This document shows positions 55,496-64,000 of a stretch of 64,000 nt of DNA, one piece after another (within the stretch, counting starts at the first letter, position 1; every line of letters begins with the position of its first letter). Under the pieces are notes generated by a model. It made no database searches. It saw only the letters and a program-made list of their open reading frames with translations, and was not told the origin of the DNA. Origin of the DNA: Bacteroidales bacterium (lineage in GTDB: Bacteria > Bacteroidota > Bacteroidia > Bacteroidales > JAADGE01); NCBI GenBank assembly GCA_021108035.1, contig JAIORQ010000097.1, positions 7,692 through 71,691 of the forward strand, written 5' to 3'. Made by a program: the position numbers and the translations under genes.

Positions 55496-55769
55496 AATTT
55501 GGTCGATAAATCTTGATCCGACAATTGGAGCAGAAATAAAAAAAACTCGCCCGGCAATTATTGTAAACGATAATGCAATCGGGCTGTTACCTTTAAAAAT
55601 AATTGTTCCCATAACTGATTGGAAAGAACAATTTGCTGTTGCTAAAAAGATAATATTTTCAGTCAATAATCTATGCTGGTTGTTTAATCACCCCCAAAAC
55701 AGCAATAGCATCTTTAATAGATTTTATGTCTTGAAAAGTCATGGTGAGTTTATCTTTACGTTCTTTTAA
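55479..55769 (+). pseudogene. PemK/MazF-family toxin gene, 3'-truncated
   Basis: MKQQNEIWSINLDPTIGAEIKKTRPAIIVNDNAIGLLPLKIIVPITDWKEQFAV matches the N-terminal ~55 aa of MazF/PemK. From about 55650 onward the frame reads antisense through the mfd 3' end with no MazF-like sequence. Confidence 0.6.
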
Positions 55770-58700
55770 GGCGGTTTTGTCCGGATATTTTTTCAGAAAT
55801 TCAATAATGGCTGTGAAAACATCCGATTTATAATACATCGACTCTTGATCGGATACTAAATAACACACCATTTTTTTGTTTCGCAGCAATATTTTCTCCA
55901 TGCCGAGCGACATTGCTTTTCTTCTTAAACGAACTGCACTTAATAATTCCAAGCTTGCTTTCGGTATCGTTCCGAAACGGTCTTTTAATTCGGCTTCAAA
56001 TTCTTGTAATTCTTGCTCGTCTTTAATACCGTCTAATTTTCTGTACAGTTTTAAACGCTCTTCATTGTTTTCGATATAGCTTTCCGTAAATCTTACTTCT
56101 AAATCTGTATCTATATGGCAATCATTAACAAACTTGATGTCTTCTGCATTAATTTCATCCGGTGTTTTTTGCTTTTCTTTAAAAAGTTCTTTAAATTCTT
56201 CTTCTCGCAGTTCAAGCATAGCCTCATCCAATATTTTATGATAAGTTTCAAAACCAATATCGGAAATAAAACCGCTTTGTTCGCCGCCGAGCATATTACC
56301 TGCTCCTCTAATATCAAGGTCTTGCATGGCTATATTAAAACCGCTGCCGAGTTCCGAGAATGTTTCAACAGCTCTTAATCGTTGCCTTGCTTCAGGTGTT
56401 AATGCCGACATAGGGGGTGCAAGCAAATAACAAAATGCTTTCTTGTTTGAACGACCTACCCTGCCCCTAAGCTGATGCAAATCACTCAAACCGAAATTCT
56501 GTGCATTATTAATTATGATTGTATTAGCATTCGGAATATCCAAGCCCGATTCAATAATTGTGGTAGCAATCAGAATTCCGTAGTCTTCATTAATAAAACC
56601 GGTCAGTGTTTTTTCCAACTCTCTCGGTTTCATTCTTCCGTGCATCACTGCTGTTCTGACATTAGGATTAAGTCGGTTTATCAATGATTCAATCTCATAT
56701 ATATTATCAATTCGATTATGAATAAAAAATACTTGTCCGTTTCTTCTGTATTCATAATCAACAGCTTCCTTAATTATATTTTTATCAAACCTGTGTAATT
56801 CAGTATGTATCGGATAGCGGTTCGGTGGCGGAGTATTAATAATTGAAAGATCTCTTGCACCCATTAACGAGAATTGTAAAGTTCTCGGAATTGGTGTTGC
56901 TGTTAATGTTAAAGTATCTACATTAATTTTTAATGCTTTAAGTTTTTCCTTAACGGAAACTCCGAACTTTTGCTCCTCATCAATTATCATCAAACCTAAA
57001 TCTTTAAACTTAACATCTTTACTGACAATACGATGCGTGCCTATAATTATATCAATTTCACCTGCTGCCAATCGTTTTAAAGTATCATTTTGTTGAGCAG
57101 TAGTTTTTAATCGACTGATAAAATCGACATTACAAGGAAAATCCTTTAATCGAGATACAAAAGTTTTAAAATGTTGTAATGTTAAAACGGTTGTAGGAAC
57201 CAATATTGCTACTTGCTTATTATCAGCAACAGCTTTAAATGCAGCACGTATTGCAACTTCTGTTTTTCCGAAACCTACATCCCCGCATACTAATCTGTCC
57301 ATAGGAACATCCGATTCCATATCTGTTTTAACAGCTTCGGTTGATTTAGTTTGATCAGGCGTATCTTCATATATAAATGATGACTCTAAAGCATGCTGTA
57401 AATAAGTATCTTGGGCAAATGCAAATCCCTTTTCCTGTTTTCGTTTTGCATAAAGAGCAATTAATTCTCGGGCAATATCTTTTACACGGCTTTTAGTTTT
57501 CTTCTTCATGGTTTGCCATGCCGGTGATCCGAGTTTATAAATCCTCGGTTGCTTGCCTTCTTTGCCTTTATATTTTGATATTTTATGAAGATTATGAATA
57601 TTAACCAGCAAAATATCATTATCCTTATAAACCAAGCGAATTGCTTCTTGCTTATTCCCGCTGTTCTCAATAGTTTGCAAACCTCCAAAACGTCCTATAC
57701 CATGATCGCTGTGTACAACAAAATCTCCGGTTTGCAAACTGTTGATCTCTCTTAAAGTAAGTGTTTCCTTATTCTTATGATAAGCAGCACTTCTTAATAT
57801 AAATTTATGATAACGACCGTAGATTTGATGTTCGGTATAGCAATTTAATTTCAAATCATGATCAATAAATCCCTCATGCATCACACCTTCACAAACAGAA
57901 AAACTATCTCTGATATGTTCCTTTGCATCTGAAATATTAAGTGCAATATTTCATTTAAACGAATAATCTGCTTGTCATTATTTGAAACTACATAATTTTG
58001 ATAAGCTTTATCCTGAAAATCAAGCAATTGATTTGCCAATAATTCAAAATTCTTATTTAGTTGAATATGCTTTGTAATATTAAAATCAAAAAAATTATCT
58101 GCATTAAAAAAAGATGAATTTGAAAACTCAACAGTAGAAAATCTTTTAAAATCTTCAGCAGTTTCTTTTACGGTAATTAGATTTGAATAGTCATCCGTTT
58201 CAGGAATTTGTTTTATCTTATCAAATAACATATTGAAATCATCCGACCAAACCAAAGTATTTTCATTAATAAATTTTAAAAAGGAAGTTTTATTTTTTGC
58301 TGAAGTTTTATTTTGAATATCCGGAACAATTGAGATTTTATTAAACTTTGCTTTTGATAATTGAGAAACTGTGTCAAACGTTCTTATTGAATCTATTTCG
58401 TCATCAAAAAAATCAATTCTGTAAGGGAAGTCATTTGAGAATGAAAAAATATCTACAATGCTTCCTCTAACTGCAAATTGTCCGGGTTCATAAACAAAAT
58501 CAACAATCTCGAAACCGTATTCAATTAACATTTCCTCAACAAAATTAATTGGAACCTCTTCACCCTTTTTCAGTTCAAGTGTGTTTTTTTTAAAGTTCTC
58601 CTTGCTTGAAACTTTCTCAATTAATGCTTCCGGATAACTTACGACAACACAGCAATCCTGAATGTTACTTAAAACCTCGGTTCGCATTATTACACTGCCG

Positions 58701-59008
58701 GCATCAATCTTTGTGTTCTCACTTTTTACAGCAGATCTTTTGTATGAAGACGGGAAAAATAAAATTTCTTTTTTCGGGAATATCTCTTTCAGATCATTTT
58801 GAAAATATGCTGCTTTTTCTTTATCAGAAAGAATAAAAAGATGTGTTTGTTTATTCTTCTTAATAATCGAAGCCGCAAAAAGAGATGATGCTGATGCATG
58901 AAGACCTCGAAGTAAGGCATGAAACTCCTTATTCAATTCAATTAAACTTGAAAGTTCTTTTGAATGAATATGCTCTGAATATCTTCTTGCAATCTCCGGT
59001 AATGTCAA
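55671..59008 (-). pseudogene. mfd: Transcription-repair coupling factor Mfd, interrupted by a single frameshift
   Basis: The N-terminal 375-aa ORF (57881-59008, UvrB-homology region) and the 737-aa ORF (55671-57884; CarD-like domain, helicase motifs GDVGFGKTEV/DEEQKFG, TRCF domain) are the two halves of one gene. Mfd-like sequence switches frame at about 57943-57950. Confidence 0.85.
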
Positions 59009-59075
59009 AGCTGTTTCTTATAAAAAGTGCAAATATAAATTAATTTTGGTTCTTTCTGAATTTGAAAGAGCAACA

Positions 59076-59103
59076 ATTGTTACATTGTTTTATTGTTACA
59101 TTG
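59076..59103 (+). repeat. Two copies of ATTGTTACATTG, 16 bp apart (variant of the dispersed motif)
   Basis: Exact 12-mers at 59076-59087 and 59092-59103. CAATG-rich sequence follows, then a short hairpin plus T-run at 59162-59182. Confidence 0.75.
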
Positions 59104-59199
59104 CTGTTTTTTAACAATTTAGCAATGAAACAATTTAACAATGTTATAGTCATTTTTATTACCGACAATGTCGGCTTTTTTTGAAACTTCCGAAAAAAC

Positions 59200-60075
59200 C
59201 TATCTTATTATTTCATCCAAACATTTTTTTAAACTTTTTTTCCAATCCGGTACAATAACTTTATATACATCTTTTATTTTTGATTTATCCATCAGGCTGA
59301 ATTCAGGTCTTTCAGCAGGTGTCGGAAATTCTTTTGAAGAAACCGGATTAACTTTGCAATTAAATCCTGCATAATTCATTATCTCTTTTGCAAAATCGTA
59401 CCAAGAGCATGATCCTTCATTAGAAAAATGATAAATTCCGTTTTGAAAATAACTACTGTCCTCAATTGAGTTCTGTATAATTAATAAGATTGCAGCGGCA
59501 AGGTCTGCTGCATTTGTGGGAGAACCAATTTGGTCATTTACAACATTAATTTTTTCTTTTTCTCTTCCTAATCTAATCATGGTTTTTACAAAATTATTCC
59601 CGAATACTGAATAAAGCCATGATGTTCTGATAATATTATATTTATATGAATCTGTAATTAATTGCTCACCTTTAAGTTTTGTTCTTCCGTATGCTGTTTT
59701 AGGATTTATTGAATCTCCTTCTGTATATGGTGTCTTTTTAGTTCCGTCAAAAACATAATCAGTTGAAATATGAATCAGCGTTATTTTATAATTAACAGAT
59801 ACAGTTGCAAGATTTTTTACCGCAATTGCGTTTAACATTTCAGCTTTATCTTCTTCTGATTCAGCTTTATCAACATTTGTATATGCAGCACAATTTACAA
59901 TAAAATCAACTTTCTTTTTTGAAAAAAAAAAATGTAAGGAGTTAAGATCAGTTATATCTAATTCATCAATATCAGTAAAGAGATAATTAATCTTCTTTTC
60001 TGAATTATTTTCAGACAGCCTTTTAATTTCACTTCCTAATTGACCTTTTGCACCGGTTATCAGTATTGTAATCAT
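59200..60075 (-). CDS. rfbD: dTDP-4-dehydrorhamnose reductase
   Basis: ILITGAKGQLGSE Rossmann start, STDYVFDG motif, 291 aa. Contains a T11 homopolymer (plus-strand A11 at 59922-59932). Confidence 0.85.
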   Translation of the reverse strand: MITILITGAKGQLGSEIKRLSENNSEKKINYLFTDIDELDITDLNSLHFFFSKKKVDFIVNCAAYTNVDKAESEEDKAEMLNAIAVKNLATVSVNYKITLIHISTDYVFDGTKKTPYTEGDSINPKTAYGRTKLKGEQLITDSYKYNIIRTSWLYSVFGNNFVKTMIRLGREKEKINVVNDQIGSPTNAADLAAAILLIIQNSIEDSSYFQNGIYHFSNEGSCSWYDFAKEIMNYAGFNCKVNPVSSKEFPTPAERPEFSLMDKSKIKDVYKVIVPDWKKSLKKCLDEIIR

Positions 60076-60091
60076 TGGTTCTACTGTTATT

Positions 60092-61123
60092 TTAATGAGA
60101 AATATCCGGTTCTTTCCAACCGTACTTTTTCATAAACTCTTCAGCAGTATTTACCATATTCCTGGAACCTACATAAAAAGGAACACGTTGATGCAATGAT
60201 TCAGGTTTTATATCCATTATCCTTGTGCCGCGACCGTCCGTAGCTTTTCCTCCGGCTTGTTCAATAATCATTGCCATAGGATTACATTCATATAATAGTC
60301 TTAATTTTCCTGAAGGATAACCTGCCGAAATCGGATAAATAAATATTCCGCCCTTTAAAAGATTTCGATGAAAATCAGCTACTAATGATCCGATGTATCT
60401 TGAAGTATATGGCCTTCCGGTCGGAACATCTTTATCCTGACAATATTTAAGATATTGTTTTACACCTTCAGGAAATTTTATATAATTCCCTTCATTAATT
60501 GAATATATTATACCTGAATGAGGGATTAAAATATCAGGATGCGAAAGACAAAATTCTCCGATTGAGGGGTCAAGAGTAAAGCCGTTCACTCCTCGCCCTG
60601 TAGTATAGACCATCATTGTAGAAGATCCGTAGATAATATACCCGGCAGCAACTTGCTTCGTTCCGTCTTGAACAAAATCTTCCAGTGCTGCTTTATGTCC
60701 TACGGGTGAAACACGTCTGAATATTGAAAAAATTGTACCTATCGAAACATTAACATCAATATTTGAAGAACCGTCCAAAGGATCCATTGTTACTATATAT
60801 CTGCCTTGTTTCGGCAGTTCTTCATCAAATGATACAATATCTTTATTCTCTTCAGACGCAATACCACAACATTCGCCACTTGATTTTAAAGAACTAATAA
60901 ACTTCTCATCAGCATAAACATCAAGTTTTTTTTGATCCTCTCCATGCACATTACTTTCACCGATTTCACCCAGTATATCGACCAAACCGGCTTTATTAAC
61001 TTCTCTGTTCACTACTTTAGCTGCAACACTCATATGGGTTAATAATCTTGTGAGTTCCCCTTTTGCATAAGGAAAATCAGCTTGTCGTTCAATAATAAAC
61101 TCGTTTAATGTTGTAACAGACAT
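60092..61123 (-). CDS. fbp: Class 1 fructose-1,6-bisphosphatase
   Basis: N-terminus [45 protein letters not shown], and the GKLRLLYE-type C-terminal motif. Confidence 0.9.
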   Translation of the reverse strand: MSVTTLNEFIIERQADFPYAKGELTRLLTHMSVAAKVVNREVNKAGLVDILGEIGESNVHGEDQKKLDVYADEKFISSLKSSGECCGIASEENKDIVSFDEELPKQGRYIVTMDPLDGSSNIDVNVSIGTIFSIFRRVSPVGHKAALEDFVQDGTKQVAAGYIIYGSSTMMVYTTGRGVNGFTLDPSIGEFCLSHPDILIPHSGIIYSINEGNYIKFPEGVKQYLKYCQDKDVPTGRPYTSRYIGSLVADFHRNLLKGGIFIYPISAGYPSGKLRLLYECNPMAMIIEQAGGKATDGRGTRIMDIKPESLHQRVPFYVGSRNMVNTAEEFMKKYGWKEPDISH

Positions 61124-61216
61124 ATTTTCAGTTATTTTTATAAATTTGCATATAATTACGACAAAAATAGACTTTTTTTTACAGAATTAGTTATATTTTT
61201 CTTAACATCTTAATTT

Positions 61217-62488
61217 ATGAAAGTATTTAAATTCGGAGGCGGGATTTTAAGAACACAAAAAGATACCGATCAGCTATTAAAGATACTTGAAAATTATAAG
61301 AACGATAAACTTATAATTGTTGTTTCTGCTTTTAATAAAATTACAAGTAAGTTTGAAACCCTGTTAAATAAATATTTTGAAAATAAACAACTTGATTTAA
61401 CTGTCTGTAATGAAATAAAAGACTATCATTTCAATATGACAAAATCATTATTTGAAAAAAATGACAAAACAGAGATTAACCGGAAAATTAATATACTGTT
61501 TGATGAAATTTATAAAATTTTTCAAAACGGATTAAGTTCTTACTACCATTACGAATACGACAAAATAGTTTCTTACGGTGAATTATTATCATCAACCATA
61601 ATTTTTGAATTATTAAAGATTAACGGTTTTAATTGCATATTTGAAGATATAAGAAATATTATTATAACAGATTCTGAATATACAGAAGCCAAAGTAAATT
61701 GGAAATTATCTGTTGAGAATATTAAAAACAAATGTTCAGGAAATGATTTCACATTTTGTCTCACTCAAGGATTTATTGCTGCGGACGAAAACGGAAATAC
61801 AACCACACTTGGCAGAGAAGGCAGTGATTTCTCGGCTTCTGTTCTTGCATATGCTCTTGATGCAGAAGAAGTTATTTTTTGGAAAGAAGTTGCCGGTATA
61901 TACAATGCCGACCCAACACAAACAAGTGATTATCAGCTACTTCCTAAACTGTCTTATAAAGAATCTGTTGAGCAAGCATTTTACGGAGCTAAAATTTTAC
62001 ATCCAAAAACTATCAAACCTCTTCAGAATAAATCAATACCTATAAAAGTTAAATCCTTTTATAAACCGGCAGAAAACGGGACGGATATTATTGATATTTC
62101 CGATATGAGTCCTGATCTGTATCCCGATGTCCCGATATATATTGTAAAGGACAATCAAATCTTGATCTCGCTTTCGACTTTAGATTTTTCTTTCATTTCT
62201 GAAAATAATCTGGGAAAGATATTTACACTATTATCAAAATACAGAATAAAAGCTAACTTAATACAGTCTTCTGCAATCAGTTTTTCAATTTGTATAACAA
62301 ATAATAAATTTAAAATACCCAACTTAATCAAAGAACTTAAAGAAAATTTCAGTGTTTTATATAATGATGATCTTTCTTTGATCACTATCAGACATTATAA
62401 TGATGAAGCTGTCCGAAAAATGACTTTGGGAAAAAATATATTGCTTCGCCAAAACAGCAGGCATACATCAAGGTTTGTAATAAAATAA
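61217..62488 (+). CDS. Aspartate kinase (monofunctional)
   Basis: MKVFKFGGG kinase N-terminus, TTLGREGSDFSA motif, C-terminal ACT-like region. 423 aa. Confidence 0.8.
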   Translation: MKVFKFGGGILRTQKDTDQLLKILENYKNDKLIIVVSAFNKITSKFETLLNKYFENKQLDLTVCNEIKDYHFNMTKSLFEKNDKTEINRKINILFDEIYKIFQNGLSSYYHYEYDKIVSYGELLSSTIIFELLKINGFNCIFEDIRNIIITDSEYTEAKVNWKLSVENIKNKCSGNDFTFCLTQGFIAADENGNTTTLGREGSDFSASVLAYALDAEEVIFWKEVAGIYNADPTQTSDYQLLPKLSYKESVEQAFYGAKILHPKTIKPLQNKSIPIKVKSFYKPAENGTDIIDISDMSPDLYPDVPIYIVKDNQILISLSTLDFSFISENNLGKIFTLLSKYRIKANLIQSSAISFSICITNNKFKIPNLIKELKENFSVLYNDDLSLITIRHYNDEAVRKMTLGKNILLRQNSRHTSRFVIK

Positions 62489-62553
62489 ATATAAGTTTTT
62501 TTAATTTTTCTTGTACGAAAATTTAATTTATTATACATTTGCATTCTTTTTTA

Positions 62554-62643
<90 letters not shown>

Positions 62644-62648
62644 AGGAT

Positions 62649-62690
62649 AGATTGAAGGAATGGAATGTATTTCTTCAATCTTTTTATTTT
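62649..62690 (+). terminator. Rho-independent terminator after tRNA-Ser
   Basis: 9-bp stem AGATTGAAG/CTTCAATCT followed by TTTTATTTT. Confidence 0.65.
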
Positions 62691-62781
62691 TAGGGCGTTA
62701 GGTTTTTCCCGGTTTAATTATTTCAATTTTTCGGCAAAATGTTTCACTTATGTTTCACTTAACATTTGAACATTTTGTCTT

Positions 62782-63820
62782 ATGAATACGTTAAAATTAT
62801 TTTTAAGGACAGACCAAAAAAATAAAGACGGTTCTCATTCAGTTTGTATTCGTTTAACGATGAAAAGGCGGAAAAAAGATATTTCGCTTCGAATTTATGT
62901 TAAACCAACGGACTGGATGTTTTCTAAAAATCTTGTTAAGAAATCTGACTCTAAATATCTCCGGAAAAATAAACTTATAAAAAAATATACCAACAAAGCT
63001 GAAAGCATTGTTGATGAATGTTTTTTTAATGATGAACAGCTTACTTTTGATGACTTTAAAAACAAACTTCTAAATAAGGAATATAGTGATGCCTCTTTTA
63101 TTGAGTTTGTTAATGATGAGCTTGCAGAAAAAAATTATTCTGCTGAAACATTAAAAACTTATCTTACACAAATTACTAAACTTCAAAGGTTTAAAAAGAA
63201 ATTAGCCTTTTCAGAAAATAACAAAAGGAAAAGGCAACAGAGAGCATTTGAATATTGCAAAATTAAACAAGCTTGAAAAATTGTATTATGAAAATAATTT
63301 AGATAACAGACAATTGAATGTATTACGCTATTTCCTATTTGTTTGCTATACCGGATTGAGATATACTGATATTAAAAATTTAAAATACAGCCATATAAAA
63401 AAGAGATTGTTTATTGAAGGAGAGATTCAATTTATTGAATTGAAAATGCACAAAACAAAGCTTAATGTATCAGTTCCGATAATTGAAAAGGCTAAAAAAT
63501 TGATGCCTAAAAAAGTTGCAAGAAATCATCTTGTTTTCAGAGTTTTATCAAATCAAAAGACTAACCAATATTTAAAGGAGATTATTAAAATAGCCGGAAT
63601 AGAAAAGAATATCACCTTCCATAGTGCCAGACATACGCTTGCAACTACCGGATTAGAAATGGGAATACCTATTAAAGTTGTTTCAAAAATTTTGGGGCAT
63701 ACAGAGATTAAAATGACACAGATTTATGCAAAGGTTAATGACGGATTGAAGTATCGTGAAATGATGAAAAAGGAAGGAATGAGCTACAACCTCAGTCCAA
63801 CAGAGACTTTTACAAATTAA
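62782..63820 (+). pseudogene. Tyrosine-recombinase integrase, split by an internal deletion/frameshift (tRNA-Ser-adjacent)
   Basis: ORF1 (62782-63276) is the Arm/SAM-like N-terminus (LRTDQKNKDGSHSVCIRL). ORF2 (63248-63820) is the catalytic domain (TGLRYTDI, HSARHT, GHTEIKMTQIYAKV). The frames overlap at 63206-63276. About 55 aa of the expected linker/core-binding region are missing. Confidence 0.75.
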
Positions 63821-64000
63821 TAAACACGAATTGAAATTATTCTTAATTTTATTATTTTCATTCGAATAAAATAAACTTTATGATTTTTATCTCACTCTCT
63901 GATTGGACTTTTATAAAATATACACCTCGTGGTAATTTATCAACAGAAAAATTAATGTGCTTTTTATCTAATTGCATATCTGAACTTTGAATAATTTCCC

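Noticed and set aside
61124-61216. Possible lysine riboswitch or T-box upstream of aspartate kinase.
   Set aside because: The 93-nt AT-rich leader is too short and lacks the conserved L-box elements.
63881-64000. Possible gene running off the right edge.
   Set aside because: Too little sequence is available to assign a frame or product.

Overview
AT-rich Bacteroidota chromosomal window. GC content was judged by eye, not computed. The phylum call rests on type IX secretion (T9SS) C-terminal sorting domains on at least 5 secreted proteins, Bacteroidetes-style lipoproteins, and a split LanB.

The backbone is housekeeping: a TonB-dependent receptor, an FKBP/FKBP/cyclophilin trio, mtaB, aat, ppx, mfd, rfbD, fbp, aspartate kinase, tRNA-Arg(ACG) and tRNA-Ser(GCU). 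Many secreted hydrolases are interleaved with it.

Four accessory patches stand out:
1. 32.65-36.09 kb, my top candidate for something new. This is a minimal three-gene RiPP locus: a 64-aa GG-leader precursor plus a split LanB dehydratase. The 33-aa core has no Cys and no basic residues and consists of repeated P-[ST]-D-T motifs. No LanC cyclase, protease or exporter is present in the window.
2. 21.1-31.9 kb. A type I R-M operon with an AbiEi/AbiEii toxin-antitoxin pair nested between hsdM and hsdS, and RhuM nested between hsdS and hsdR. It is bounded by an excisionase fragment and by the decayed 3' end of a SpoIIE-phosphatase paralog.
3. 13.18-14.78 kb. Perfect 23-bp inverted repeats flank a 224-bp promoter-bearing segment just upstream of three tandem paralogous lipoproteins. 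These paralogs share an invariant 24-nt block.
4. 44.06-46.14 kb. An orphan three-gene cassette bounded by two copies of a 37-bp palindrome-containing repeat, preceded by a degenerate array of ~42-bp units.

Other observations: an 8-bp x 6.75 intergenic microsatellite, a dispersed ATTGTTRCATTG motif family, a T11 tract inside rfbD, a frameshifted mfd, a truncated mazF, an orphan T9SS-CTD remnant, and a degraded tRNA-Ser-adjacent integrase at the right edge.

All family calls come from motif recognition in the supplied translations. No database search was run.
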